From: Candidatus Saccharimonadota bacterium
GTDB taxonomy: Bacteria > Patescibacteriota > Saccharimonadia > Saccharimonadales > UBA10212
Assembly (NCBI GenBank): GCA_013815775.1
Contig: JACDFN010000003.1
Span: forward strand, 14,354 to 78,353
Length of the DNA: 64,000 bases
Direction: 5' to 3'
Made by a program: the position numbers and the translations under genes. Under the pieces are notes generated by a model. That model saw only the letters and a program-made list of their open reading frames with translations, was not told where the DNA came from and searched no databases. Below are positions 20,432 to 30,629 of the stretch, one piece after another. The stretch's first letter is position 1. Each line of letters opens with the position of its first letter.

Positions 20432-21631
20432 ATGAACATAAGACTAACAAATCGGGGAGAAGACGGATTGGCTTCCATAATTATCGTTATGACGATAATT
20501 ATCGTACTTGCCCTTATGACTTTGGGTTTCACTAAGTTGACAGACCGAGAGCTTAGGCAAGCCTTGGACAGAGAACTAGCTTCCCAGGCCTATTATGCAG
20601 CTGAATCTGGCTTAAATGACGCAAGGCTGTTCATTGATGACGCAGTAAAGAACGGGAGTCCTATTCCTTCGAGTTCTGACTGTATAGATACTTCAATATC
20701 GCCGTTCTTCGTACCGAGTATATCGGGTAGTTATAACCAGCCAAATGACCCCAATCCTAGTGACAACACGGTCAAGTACACTTGTATAATTTTGAAGACT
20801 AACCCCTACGATCTTATCTATGACTTAAAAGCAGGTGAGTCTAAAGTGTTTAAGATGTATGTAAACCCCGATGAATCGATGAATCGTATTCACTTTAGTT
20901 GGGAAAATAAGAACTATCCCGCTGATGCTTCTGGGAATATAAATCCTGGACCTTTGGTAGTGGGCAATCCACCGGTTGGCCCATTACCTCAGGAAGGTGT
21001 AGCGGGTCAAATGGACGAAAACTCAACCGGGGTTCTCCGTGCCACAATCTACCCTATACCTGAACCTTTTCCTAGCGGTCCCAACACGAATTCCACACTG
21101 GCCAATCTTTCTCGTACGTTCTTTATGTATCCTAAGTTCGAGAATACTCAAGATCAAATTGGGTCGGCTTTATATAGCACTAACGGCCAGTTGGTTGACG
21201 GACGCTGTAATATTAATAGCCGAGTAGGCACACTGCCTTTTACTCAGGGTATTGGAAGATACTGCAATAGTATGATAGATAACGTAGCCGGAAACTCAGC
21301 AGCGGCTACCAAGCTTTATTATATTCGCTTGACGGCACTCTATAAAGACTTGGGCGTAACTATACAAGCCAAGCATGGAACCATTCCTGTGCAACTTCAA
21401 GGCGCTGAAGCCGTCGTTGATGTAACCGGTGAGGGTAACGATGTTTTAAAGCGTATTCACTCCAGGGTTCCACTGCAACCCTACTATAACTTGACAAACG
21501 AAGGTCTACGATCACTGGAGACACTATGTAAGCGCTTCCGTTTACCTAAAATTGGTCCGGGAACTTTCGATTACGGGCCTGCAGAACGTGATGAAAGTGT
21601 TCTATCGGACCCTGCTTGCTTACCTAACTAG
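20432..21631 (+). CDS. PilX-like minor pilin
   Basis: G|LASII lacking Glu5; AYYAAESG PilX N-terminal motif. Confidence 0.85.
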   Translation: MNIRLTNRGEDGLASIIIVMTIIIVLALMTLGFTKLTDRELRQALDRELASQAYYAAESGLNDARLFIDDAVKNGSPIPSSSDCIDTSISPFFVPSISGSYNQPNDPNPSDNTVKYTCIILKTNPYDLIYDLKAGESKVFKMYVNPDESMNRIHFSWENKNYPADASGNINPGPLVVGNPPVGPLPQEGVAGQMDENSTGVLRATIYPIPEPFPSGPNTNSTLANLSRTFFMYPKFENTQDQIGSALYSTNGQLVDGRCNINSRVGTLPFTQGIGRYCNSMIDNVAGNSAAATKLYYIRLTALYKDLGVTIQAKHGTIPVQLQGAEAVVDVTGEGNDVLKRIHSRVPLQPYYNLTNEGLRSLETLCKRFRLPKIGPGTFDYGPAERDESVLSDPACLPN

Positions 21632-21663
21632 ACGCGCTTAACCTAAAAAACAACTTGGGTTTA

Positions 21664-22587
21664 TTAATTTTTTGACTCTTTAGATCTGTGAAATTTCTCA
21701 TGCACCGCTTTAAGATGAGGGTCGGTGACGTGAGTGTAAATCTGGGTAGTTGCGATGTTGCTGTGCCCTAACATAGCCTGAACGCTACGAAGGTCTGCCC
21801 CGTTCATAAGAAGGTCGGTCGCAAAAGAGTGCCTAAGGGTATGGGGGCTAACGTGTTTGGTTATACCCGCAAGATTTGCATACCTTGCTACCATTCGTTG
21901 AACACTCCGAGCAGTAAGTCGGCTATAATTGCCAGATAAGTCTACTTTTTTACTTCCGCTGTACCTGATAAACAGTGGTTTGGAATTATCCTGCCTTTTG
22001 TCTAAATATTGTTTAATCCAGTCGGCAGCTTCTGGGCTAATAAAAATGGGGCGATCTTTTTGGCCTTTACCTCTTACCATGAACTCTCGTCTTGATAGAT
22101 TTATGTGCTCACGGTCTAAGCCTACTAATTCACTGACCCTAAGACCGCTCGAAAACAACAGTTCCACTATAGCTCGGTCACGTGCTCCTACCATGCTTGA
22201 GAGGTTTGGTTGAGCTGCTAGCCTAGCAAGCTCTTCTGGGTTTAAAAAAGTTACTTGTGGGCGTGAAGTTCGAGCCAACTCTATTTTATCTGCCGAAAGG
22301 GCAGGCAATCCTCTCTTGGCACAAAATCTCAAAAAACTACGCAAGGCTATTAAATGGTAGTTCTGGGTCATTTTGGAAAGTTCATCACTGGTATTTGTCC
22401 CCAGACGATTCAACCACAGTCTCCATTTTCGAATCATTTCAACGTCAATATCGGCTAATTTAATTTCCCCAGCAAAGTCACTTAGCCGCGTCAGGTAGTG
22501 CTTATAATTTTGGATAGTTTTAAGTGATCTGTTCTGTTCTAATTCTAGGTACTCCAAGAAATTTCCTATGGCTTGCTCGTAAGTCAT
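21664..22587 (-). CDS. XerC/D-type tyrosine recombinase
   Basis: SAM-like N domain; SGLRVSEL, GKGQKDR, HTLRHSFAT, LGH, TTQIY. Confidence 0.93.
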   Translation of the reverse strand: MTYEQAIGNFLEYLELEQNRSLKTIQNYKHYLTRLSDFAGEIKLADIDVEMIRKWRLWLNRLGTNTSDELSKMTQNYHLIALRSFLRFCAKRGLPALSADKIELARTSRPQVTFLNPEELARLAAQPNLSSMVGARDRAIVELLFSSGLRVSELVGLDREHINLSRREFMVRGKGQKDRPIFISPEAADWIKQYLDKRQDNSKPLFIRYSGSKKVDLSGNYSRLTARSVQRMVARYANLAGITKHVSPHTLRHSFATDLLMNGADLRSVQAMLGHSNIATTQIYTHVTDPHLKAVHEKFHRSKESKN

Positions 22588-22749
22588 AAGCCCATTCTAA
22601 CAGGGTAGTAGCCGTAGTGTACAGGTTGGTGCTTGACTACATTAATTCTTTATCCCTCCTAGTGTAATTTCAATCACCGGGTTCTGTTTGAGTAAAAAAG
22701 ATGTTCAGTTTGTTTTGGGGCTCTTATCTGTTACAATATTTATTAACTG

Positions 22750-23256
22750 ATGGAACGAACTCTAGTTTTAGTAAAACCTGATGCTATAAAAAGAGGCATT
22801 ATTGGAGAGGTTATAACTCGATTTGAAAGAGCAGGGCTTAAAATCATAAGCGCTAAAATGCTTATGCCAGACGAAGACCACTACCATCATCACTATGAAA
22901 CAATTGGGAAGGTAGCCACGCGGCGCGGTGACGAAGTTTATCGTAAAAATACCGAATTTATGATGAGTGGACCTGTTTTGGCTTTAGTCCTTGAAGGGAT
23001 AGAGGCAGTTAGTCTAGTCAGAAAAATGGTAGGTTCTACCGAACCTAAAGCCGCCCTACCGGGTACTATAAGAGGTGACTTTGCGCATATGACTATTGCG
23101 CACGCGAATTCAACCGGTAAAGGTTTGCCTAATATTGTCCACGCCTCTGCCGATGAAAAGGAAGCAAAATTAGAAATTAAACATTGGTTTAAGCCTGAAG
23201 AGCTTTACGGATATAAAAGCGCCCACGAGCATTTGACTATTGCTACTGATAAATAG
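22750..23256 (+). CDS. ndk: Nucleoside-diphosphate kinase
   Basis: ERTLVLVKPDA, PGTIRGDF, NIVHAS. Confidence 0.95.
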   Translation: MERTLVLVKPDAIKRGIIGEVITRFERAGLKIISAKMLMPDEDHYHHHYETIGKVATRRGDEVYRKNTEFMMSGPVLALVLEGIEAVSLVRKMVGSTEPKAALPGTIRGDFAHMTIAHANSTGKGLPNIVHASADEKEAKLEIKHWFKPEELYGYKSAHEHLTIATDK

Positions 23257-23320
23257 TTGTCTAAAACTCTTATTTCTTACCGAGCTGTTAATTAGAGTTC
23301 AATACTTTAGCATAGCTGGC

Positions 23321-23396
23321 TGGTGACCCGGGCAGGATTCGAACCTGCGACGCCCGCCTTAGGACGGCGGCGCTCTATCCACTGAGCTACCGGGCC
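23321..23396 (-). tRNA. tRNA-Arg(CCT)
   Basis: Cloverleaf GGCCCGG...GGGTCACCA, anticodon loop GTCCTAA. Confidence 0.95.
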
Positions 23397-23533
23397 AATG
23401 CTGAGCAAGCCAATAGCTTGCGTATTCAGATTGTAGTAGTTCCAATCTGAATACTCCAGCTTTCATCAGGTTTTTTTCTAAAAGCAGGTAGTAGTAAGCT
23501 TGGTTTGATGATTTTTTCAGATAAAATAAAGCC

Positions 23534-24145
23534 ATGAGCAAAAAACAGCGGGACGACAGAGCAGATGAAAATAAAACCGCAGGACCCCGCAATCCTAAAT
23601 ATTTTAAAGAACAATTCGACGACGAGGAGGTGCTACTTGTTTTCAGGAAGCATCCTGTTGTTATGAGAAAAGGCTTAATCATATCTATGATTGCCTGGCT
23701 GATTGGCCCAGTTTACACTCTTATTCTTACCTACGTGAACCCCAATAATCCCCCTACCATTGCTTTCTTTTTTTGGAGCTTTTTAGTTAGTATTGCGATT
23801 GGAATAGTCCTGTTGTTTCCGTCCTGGGTTAGGTGGTATTTCAGTACTTACGTTATGACTGATAAGCGTTTTATCCAGCAAACTCGCAGTCTTATGCAGG
23901 TAAATGTAGTAGATATTGGTCTTGAACAAATTCAGATGATTAACTATCAGATTACAGGTATCCAGGAAACCCTACTTAACTTTGGTACAATAGTTGTACA
24001 GACCTATGTAGGAGATTTAATTATTCGTGATGTGCACCACCCAGCAAGAGTGCAGAAAAAGATGGTGCATATTTTGCGAGATTTAGGGATTCATCCAACG
24101 GTCCGGCCACTTGGAGGAGACGACCAAAGAGTTATTGAGGCATGA
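23534..24145 (+). CDS. Membrane protein with bacterial PH domain
   Basis: EEVLLVFRKHP, 2 TM segments, YVMTDKR, NFGTIVVQT. Confidence 0.8.
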   Translation: MSKKQRDDRADENKTAGPRNPKYFKEQFDDEEVLLVFRKHPVVMRKGLIISMIAWLIGPVYTLILTYVNPNNPPTIAFFFWSFLVSIAIGIVLLFPSWVRWYFSTYVMTDKRFIQQTRSLMQVNVVDIGLEQIQMINYQITGIQETLLNFGTIVVQTYVGDLIIRDVHHPARVQKKMVHILRDLGIHPTVRPLGGDDQRVIEA

Positions 24146-25260
24146 TAAGAAAATTACCAAAAAAACTACGGAAAAGAAAAAAAGTTCGGGATCTTGTGCC
24201 CCAGGCAACCGCTGTTGCCCAACGGGCCGCTAATATGAATCCGCTCTCCGATAGGAACGACGATTCTCCAATTGTCGAGGATGTGCCTCGGATAACTAAC
24301 GAAACTATCTCAATACATCGCGAAGAGGTTTTAAAGGGTGCTCGGAAGTATATATACCCCCTTCAACACTCCAAGCATCGTATAGTCCTTATAACGAGCG
24401 TTATTGCAGTAACTGCAGTAGTTGCCTTCATGGTTTATTGTAGCGTCGCACTCTACAGACTTTATCAGCACAATACCTTCCTTTACCGAGTTACCCAAGT
24501 GGTGCCATTTCCTATAGCAAGGGTAGGGGACAGTTTTATTGAGTACGAAAATTATTTATTCGAGCTGCGTCGAAACATCCACTACTATCAGAATCAGCAG
24601 CCCAATAACTCCGAGGACGAGGACATGCAGCGGCTTGACCAATCTAGGAAACAAGCCCTGCAGGATGTTATAAACCAAGCCTATATCAAGAAGCTGGCAA
24701 AAGAAAACAAAATAGGTGTAGGTAATAAGGAGGTTGAGGCCCGGATTAGTGTTGTACGGGACCAAAATCGCTTGGGGAATAACAACAAAGTCTTATCAGA
24801 TGTACTTCGCAATTACTGGGGCTGGTCAATATCGGATTTTAAGCGTAGCCTTAAGACTCAGATTCTGGCTGAAAAAGTTGTAGCTAAACTAGATACCGCT
24901 ACTAAACTAAGAGCTGATGCCATACTCGCTCAAGCCAAAAGTGGGGCTGATTTTTCAACTTTAGCTAGGCAGTTTTCGGATGATGAGGCTGCTAAGGCTA
25001 GTGGCGGTGATTTTGGCGCACCTATTACTAGATCTAATCCAAACATTCCTCCACAAGTAACCGAGGCTCTCTTTAAACTTAAACCTGGTGAGGTGTCGGG
25101 TATTATCAGTACCGGCCGTACTTTAGAAGTCCTCAAGGTACAACAAAACGATGGAGCTAGTGTTACCGCCCAGCATATCTCCATCAACTTAAAGGACATA
25201 TCGGAATTTATAGACCCCTTGAAGAAAAAGCAACAACCTAAAAACTATGTAAAATTTTAA
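24142..25260 (+). CDS. SurA/PrsA-like peptidyl-prolyl isomerase
   Basis: TM anchor, SurA-N helices, parvulin DFSTLARQFSDD...GGDFG. Confidence 0.88.
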   Translation: MIRKLPKKLRKRKKVRDLVPQATAVAQRAANMNPLSDRNDDSPIVEDVPRITNETISIHREEVLKGARKYIYPLQHSKHRIVLITSVIAVTAVVAFMVYCSVALYRLYQHNTFLYRVTQVVPFPIARVGDSFIEYENYLFELRRNIHYYQNQQPNNSEDEDMQRLDQSRKQALQDVINQAYIKKLAKENKIGVGNKEVEARISVVRDQNRLGNNNKVLSDVLRNYWGWSISDFKRSLKTQILAEKVVAKLDTATKLRADAILAQAKSGADFSTLARQFSDDEAAKASGGDFGAPITRSNPNIPPQVTEALFKLKPGEVSGIISTGRTLEVLKVQQNDGASVTAQHISINLKDISEFIDPLKKKQQPKNYVKF

Positions 25261-25398
25261 GCACCTTTACGTTGCCTTTTAGGTGTTAAATTGCTAAAAT
25301 AACCTCTGTTCTTATGGTCTTTTCCAAAAACGTGAGACAAGTAATTATCTTGCTTGCGTTCTTGAGAGGAGTAGCAAGCATGCAGCTTGCACCGACGA

Positions 25399-25474
25399 GG
25401 GCTCGTAGTGTAGCGGTTAACACGCCTCCCTGTCACGGAGGAGATCGCCGGTTCAAATCCGGTCGGGCCCGCCA
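25399..25474 (+). tRNA. tRNA-Asp(GTC)
   Basis: GGGCTCG...GGGCCCGCCA, anticodon GTC. Confidence 0.96.
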
Positions 25475-25572
25475 GAACTAGTATTTCTGAAGTTTTTTTA
25501 CTTAAGTTCTTTATCTTAATCTGTAAGATAAGCCGCAGACCTATAGATGCTGAGGTGCTAGTGTTTTATTTA

Positions 25573-25959
25573 ATGAATATGCCAATCGAGGAGCGCCGTC
25601 AGATAGAAAACGAAATGATATTTAGGCGTGCAAACGAAAAGGTAGGCGACGACCTTGGCGCAATAGACGCGATGCACGTTGAGGATAACAACCTTCACCT
25701 GATTAGAGATGATGATTTGGTGTTACATTTTAAATGTGAGTGTTCTGACGAAAACTGTAGCTCTAGAATCCCCATCAAACTAAGTGAATATCAAACGATA
25801 CACAGCAATAGAGACACTTTTATTGTCTTGCCGAATCACCAATTTGACTCGATCGAGAAAGTTTTACAAACAAAACGCGAGTTTAGCGTAGTCAAAAAGA
25901 ACAAAAGTACATCCGAGCCAGGGAATAAATTAAATACTACCACCGTTACTAATATTTAG
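25573..25959 (+). CDS. Hypothetical protein with NExxFRxxNE and CECxxxxC...H motifs
   Basis: RQIENEMIFRRANE, FKCECSDENC, FIVLPNHQ; probable metal binding. Confidence 0.75.
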   Translation: MNMPIEERRQIENEMIFRRANEKVGDDLGAIDAMHVEDNNLHLIRDDDLVLHFKCECSDENCSSRIPIKLSEYQTIHSNRDTFIVLPNHQFDSIEKVLQTKREFSVVKKNKSTSEPGNKLNTTTVTNI

Positions 25960-26118
25960 TTTTGCCCATTGGGCTTACAATTCGGAAATGTATCTAGCAA
26001 ACTCTTGAGATTAATTTGAACTGCTATAAAGCTACCTTGGTTGGGGTTGGCTAAAGCATGGCGCCAAATTACGTAAAATCTGGATGATTCTACGATGACC
26101 CCGTAATATAAAAGGATT

Positions 26119-26195
26119 GCCGATATAGCTCAGTTGGCTAGAGCAGCACTTTCGTAAAGTGAAGGTCGGCGGTTCGAATCCGCCTATCGGCTCCA
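26119..26195 (+). tRNA. tRNA-Thr(CGT)
   Basis: GCCGATA...TATCGGCTCCA, anticodon loop TTCGTAA. Confidence 0.93.
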
Positions 26196-26349
26196 CGTCG
26201 GAGCAAGCTGTTAGCTGCTCCTTCTCTCAATTTTGTAAGCATATTCATTGGCTCACAAAATTGTACGAAGGGAAAGAGTAGTAATTTTGCTCGTTTGGTT
26301 CAGCGTTGCCAAGGAGTGATGAGGAAACCCGATAGGTTTGTCTCATTCT

Positions 26350-26423
26350 GCGAGATTAGTATAATGATAGTACGCTTGCTTCCCAAGCAAGAGGCACGAG
26401 TTTGATTCTCGTATCTCGCACCA
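26350..26423 (+). tRNA. tRNA-Gly(CCC)
   Basis: GCGAGAT...ATCTCGCACCA, anticodon CCC; atypical T-loop TTTGATT. Confidence 0.88.
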
Positions 26424-26429
26424 ATAAAT

Positions 26430-26786
26430 ATGGAATTTCCAAAAAAATTTTTACACGACCGCGTAGTACTGGTACTAATCACCCTAGTATCGGCATTAGT
26501 TGTTGTGGGGGTGAGTTTAGTATTACTGACCTTCGATGTCTCTAAAAACCCGACAACTATTGTTGCCTATCGACAAAATGTAACCGGATCTAGCTACCAG
26601 AGCGGTAAGCCGATAGATATTTATAGCATGGCCGTTTTTATGCTCCTAACAGCTGCGGGGACGTTACTTTTAAGCGCTCGTTTGTATGTAGTGCGTCGCT
26701 CTACAGCGGTGTTTATTTTAGGCGCGGGGGTATTCCTGTTGGCGCTTTCTATCATTGTGGCCCGAGCCTTAATCTCACTGCAGTAG
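26430..26786 (+). CDS. Membrane protein (3 TM)
   Basis: Hydrophobic segments; 7 nt upstream of the GT2 gene. Confidence 0.75.
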   Translation: MEFPKKFLHDRVVLVLITLVSALVVVGVSLVLLTFDVSKNPTTIVAYRQNVTGSSYQSGKPIDIYSMAVFMLLTAAGTLLLSARLYVVRRSTAVFILGAGVFLLALSIIVARALISLQ

Positions 26787-26793
26787 ATTTTAT

Positions 26794-28482
26794 ATGCGCT
26801 CGATAGAAATTCCGCAACCTTCAGATAGAGACTGGCGATACAGAGCTTTCGAGGTATTACCTGGCGCCTTAACTTGGCTAATACTGACCTTACCGGCAAT
26901 TCTTGGCTATCTAAGCCCTAGGGTTGCTGCTTTCTTTATTATCGCCTATCTACTCCTCTGGTTTACCAGAGCCATCGCCTTAAATATACGATCTTTGCAG
27001 GGCTGGCGAGTCATGCGACAGCACAAGAATACAGAGTGGGGAAAACTGAACAAAGATTTGGAGATTCTGTGGCCTAAGACACCAGACGCTCCCAAATGGC
27101 ATGCCATCAACTTGGAAAGAGTTAAACGTAACATGCTCCATAGCCGGATAAAGCCCAGTGAAGTGATCCATGTGGTGATAGTAGCCGCTTATAACGAGTC
27201 ACGAGATGTCATTGAGCCTACCCTAAAGGCTATAGGGGCTAGCAATTACGACTTTAAAAAACTCATACTACTTCTGGCTTACGAGCAGCGGGGTGGCCCG
27301 GAAGTAGAGCAAACCGCCCAGGCCCTAGTAGCCCAGTACGGACCAAAGTTTTTTTACGCTGAAGCAGTTATGCACCCAGACAACCTGCCCGGAGAAGTAA
27401 GAGGTAAGGGGGGTAATATCACCTACGCAGCCCGAGGTGCCCAAAAATTCTTGGAAGACAAGGCAATAGATCCGTTAAAGGTGTTGGTAACAACCTTAGA
27501 TGCGGATAACCGTCCCGATAAGCAATATTTCGCAGCTTTGACCTACACTTACTGTTCTACGGAAGAGCCTAGGTATGCTTCATACCAACCGATACCGATG
27601 TTTTTAAACAATATTTGGGATGCTCCGGCACCAATGCGAGTTATAGCGACAGGTAACTCCTTCTGGATGCTGGTTCAAAGCATGCGGCCACATAGCCTCC
27701 GAAATTTTTCAGCCCACGCCCAACCAATGGCCGCCCTTATAGATACTGATTTCTGGAGCGTCAGAACAATAGTGGAAGACGGTCACCAATACTGGCGGAC
27801 GTACTTTCGATACGATGGTCGCCATGAGGTATACCCAATTTTTGTACCTGTCTATCAAGACGCGGTATTGGCCAGTAGTTATCGCAAAACTCTAAAGGCT
27901 CAATTTATCCAATTACGTCGTTGGGCTTGGGGGGCATCTGATATTTCATATGTAGCCTATATGGGATTTATGAGAAAGAATAATATACCCAGACATAAGT
28001 TAATGGCCAAATTTTTAAGGTTGCTAGAAGGACATGTCAGCTGGTCTACAGCTCCGCTTATATTGGCTCTAGCGGCTTTAGTACCTTTTTTTCTAAACCC
28101 AGAGAGTTATCTGGCTAACCAACTACCGCAGGTAGCTAGCCGTTTACAGACGGTGGCTATGGCTGGAATCTTGGTGACTTTATACCTGAGCATGCGCAAT
28201 CTACCACCTAAACCGGAGCGGTACAGAAAACATCGAACGGTTTGGATGATGCTGCAGTGGATTTATTTACCAGTTACTTCAATTGTATTTAGCGCTTCGG
28301 CGGCAATATATTCTCAAACAAGATTAATGCTGGGCCTTTACCTCGGTACTTTTGATGTAACGGAGAAGGCTGTTAAGAAAGATAAAGTGATTCTTAGAGA
28401 TGCAGTGAAGGGTGCTCCGCCACATAGCGTAACCAGGCTCGCTGGTCTAGCCGCTTTAGTACGCCGCCGGCGACGAAACTGA
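26794..28482 (+). CDS. Membrane GT2 glycosyltransferase (processive type)
   Basis: AYNE, KGGN, DAD, IVED, QLRRW motifs plus TM helices. Confidence 0.9.
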   Translation: MRSIEIPQPSDRDWRYRAFEVLPGALTWLILTLPAILGYLSPRVAAFFIIAYLLLWFTRAIALNIRSLQGWRVMRQHKNTEWGKLNKDLEILWPKTPDAPKWHAINLERVKRNMLHSRIKPSEVIHVVIVAAYNESRDVIEPTLKAIGASNYDFKKLILLLAYEQRGGPEVEQTAQALVAQYGPKFFYAEAVMHPDNLPGEVRGKGGNITYAARGAQKFLEDKAIDPLKVLVTTLDADNRPDKQYFAALTYTYCSTEEPRYASYQPIPMFLNNIWDAPAPMRVIATGNSFWMLVQSMRPHSLRNFSAHAQPMAALIDTDFWSVRTIVEDGHQYWRTYFRYDGRHEVYPIFVPVYQDAVLASSYRKTLKAQFIQLRRWAWGASDISYVAYMGFMRKNNIPRHKLMAKFLRLLEGHVSWSTAPLILALAALVPFFLNPESYLANQLPQVASRLQTVAMAGILVTLYLSMRNLPPKPERYRKHRTVWMMLQWIYLPVTSIVFSASAAIYSQTRLMLGLYLGTFDVTEKAVKKDKVILRDAVKGAPPHSVTRLAGLAALVRRRRRN

Positions 28483-28804
28483 CTTTGCTGGGTGTAAAGA
28501 CAGGACTTTCCGGTAATTTTAAAAGCTGTTTAACAATGGTAGCTGTGAGCTCTCTTGCGGCGCTGTAACTGTCTTTACGGTCTGCAAGGGCAAGTAGGAG
28601 CTCGGTAAACAATATATCTTCTGAAAAGGGCTCAGAAGAGCTTGCTCTTGATATTACTAATAATCCGCTCAAATCTGCAATCTCATGGGTAGTGAATACA
28701 GAATTGCATTTTGTGCACATTCTGCGGCGCCACACATGGTTATTACGCTTTTGAAGTCGGCTATTAACTACTTGGGTATCTGACTTACAATATACACAAA
28801 CCAT
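28394..28804 (-). CDS. nrdR: NrdR-like regulator (Zn ribbon + ATP cone)
   Basis: MxCxYC, VVNSR, RRRMCxxC, FTTHE. Confidence 0.75.
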   Translation of the reverse strand: MVCVYCKSDTQVVNSRLQKRNNHVWRRRMCTKCNSVFTTHEIADLSGLLVISRASSSEPFSEDILFTELLLALADRKDSYSAARELTATIVKQLLKLPESPVFTPSKVSFVAGGVLKRLDQRAWLRYVAEHPSLHL

Positions 28805-28885
28805 GTCAATATATTGACATTACCCTAATGAAAAGTCCAGTGGAAAAGCCCGTAATAATGGTGGATAGATAGTTAAAAGGCATAC

Positions 28886-28913
28886 AAAAACCGGCTACTT
28901 TTCGCAGCCGGTT
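28886..28913 (-). terminator. Terminator after the small ORF
   Basis: AACCGGCT...AGCCGGTT followed by a T-run on the minus strand. Confidence 0.65.
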
Positions 28914-28939
28914 AAGATTAAGTCTTGGGTATTTGCCCC

Positions 28940-29041
28940 TTATCGTCCTCTTCGTAGCCTTACTACAGGTCTCATGTTGGCTATTTCTTCGTAAAAAAGC
29001 CTGAAATTATCAAGCGGTTTTTCGCTGTTTTTGGTACTCAC
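28940..29041 (-). CDS. Small 33-aa ORF MSTKNSEKPLDNFRLFYEEIANMRPVVRLRRGR
   Basis: GAGGTG SD before a GTG start; own terminator. Confidence 0.45.
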   Translation of the reverse strand: MSTKNSEKPLDNFRLFYEEIANMRPVVRLRRGR

Positions 29042-29114
29042 ATACACCTCAAAATTAACTTGCTTACGGTATCACGAGACCTTGATTGTGTCAATAACTG
29101 CTACAATAGCCAAG

Positions 29115-30197
29115 ATGCTAGAAAAGCACTACCAACAGGTTAGACACATTAACAAATTTGCACGCAGTGGTTTTCTCAACACCCGCCGCGGCGCGGTAAA
29201 AACCCCATTCTTTATGCCGGTGGCTACTAGAGGCGCCGTTAAAGGAGTTACACCAACCGAAGTTTTGGCTACCGGTGCTCAAGTACTTCTCTCTAACACC
29301 TATCATCTGCATATACAACCGGGTGAAGAAATAGTCAAAAAACTAGGTGGTTTGCATGAATTTAACAGGTGGGAGGGTCCTATTCTGACCGATTCGGGCG
29401 GGTTCCAAGTCTATTCGTTGGCTAACGTACGTAAAATTACAGAGGGTGGGGTTGAATTTATAGATCCAAATTCTGGTAAGAAAGTACTAATTTCTCCTGA
29501 AAGCTCGATGAAAATCCAGATAGAGTTAGGGTCAGACATAATCATGGCCTTTGACGATGTACCGGGGTTATCCCGTAATGATAAAAAACGAACAAGTGAG
29601 GCGGTTGAAAGAACCCATAGGTGGCTAGAGCGCTGCGTTATTGAATTTAAAAAATTAACTAAAAATCTTAAAGAGGATGAACGACCCCTGTTGTTCGGTA
29701 TTGTCCAGGGGGGGCTTGATGAGAAACTTCGTAAAAAAAGTCTTGAATTTGTACAATCTCAATCCATAGACGGGGTAGCCATAGGCGGCTTGTCGGTGGG
29801 GGAATCACGAGAGAAAATGTATTTAATGCTCAATTTTCTCTCAACATTGTACGACCCAACTAAAGTTCACTACTTAATGGGCGTAGGAGAACCAAAAGAC
29901 ATAAGATATGCGATTGAAAAAGGCATAGATATGTTCGACTGCGTTCTTCCTACTCGAAATGGTAGGCACGGCTCAGTTTGGATAGATAAAGATCAGCGTC
30001 TCAATCTGAAAAACTCAAGATTTAAGGGGGATAAAGGTGTAATAGACGGTGGTTGTGATTGTTATAGCTGTCAGTCGAATTTTAGCCGAGCATTTTTAAA
30101 TCACTTATTTAAGGCAAAAGACCCCTTAGCTGGAAGATTGACCTCCATTCATAACCTACGGTATTTACAAAAAATCTGCGAAGAGTATAGAGAATAA
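29115..30197 (+). CDS. tgt: tRNA-guanine transglycosylase
   Basis: TPFFMPVAT, NTYHL, DSGGFQV, GIVQGG, DCVLPTRNGR, CDCYSC...HN. Confidence 0.96.
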   Translation: MLEKHYQQVRHINKFARSGFLNTRRGAVKTPFFMPVATRGAVKGVTPTEVLATGAQVLLSNTYHLHIQPGEEIVKKLGGLHEFNRWEGPILTDSGGFQVYSLANVRKITEGGVEFIDPNSGKKVLISPESSMKIQIELGSDIIMAFDDVPGLSRNDKKRTSEAVERTHRWLERCVIEFKKLTKNLKEDERPLLFGIVQGGLDEKLRKKSLEFVQSQSIDGVAIGGLSVGESREKMYLMLNFLSTLYDPTKVHYLMGVGEPKDIRYAIEKGIDMFDCVLPTRNGRHGSVWIDKDQRLNLKNSRFKGDKGVIDGGCDCYSCQSNFSRAFLNHLFKAKDPLAGRLTSIHNLRYLQKICEEYRE

Positions 30198-30214
30198 AAT
30201 AATCACCGCTAATC

Positions 30215-30291
30215 TGGTGGGCACGGAGGGATTCGAACCCCCGACTTCCACAACGTCAATGTGGCGCTCTAGCCAACTGAGCTACGTGCCC
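30215..30291 (-). tRNA. tRNA-Val(GAC)
   Basis: GGGCACG...GTGCCCACCA, anticodon GAC. Confidence 0.95.
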
Positions 30292-30629
30292 AATAACATG
30301 CTCATACTAACTCATATAAAGTAAAATATAAATAACCATATATGGTATAAAAATCTGTGAATAAGCTTTGTTAAAAAAACAATAAAAAAGTACTAGCATT
30401 TTAAGGCTAGCTTATATATACTCGTATGTAGGTTGAGTTTTGCGATGTGTTAAGCACACGTTTCACAGTCTTCAGAGCAATTGCGAGAGCCCTGAAGGCT
30501 GTTTTTCATTTTGCGACCCCCTTTAACCTAAAAAGGGTCAATAAAACGATCTTTGTGCAATGATTTCGCGGTACTAGAGGCGAAAACCTAGGTTTTGTTC
30601 TGGTACCGATGTTATGATGTAAAGCAACG

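Noticed and set aside
21664..22587. Tyrosine recombinase as prophage or integron integrase
   Set aside because: XerC/D-like size and motifs, housekeeping neighbours, no att repeats, phage genes or IntI-specific insertion
28394..28482. 89-nt convergent overlap of the GT2 gene and nrdR
   Set aside because: Likely a non-conserved C-terminal run-on in a compact genome
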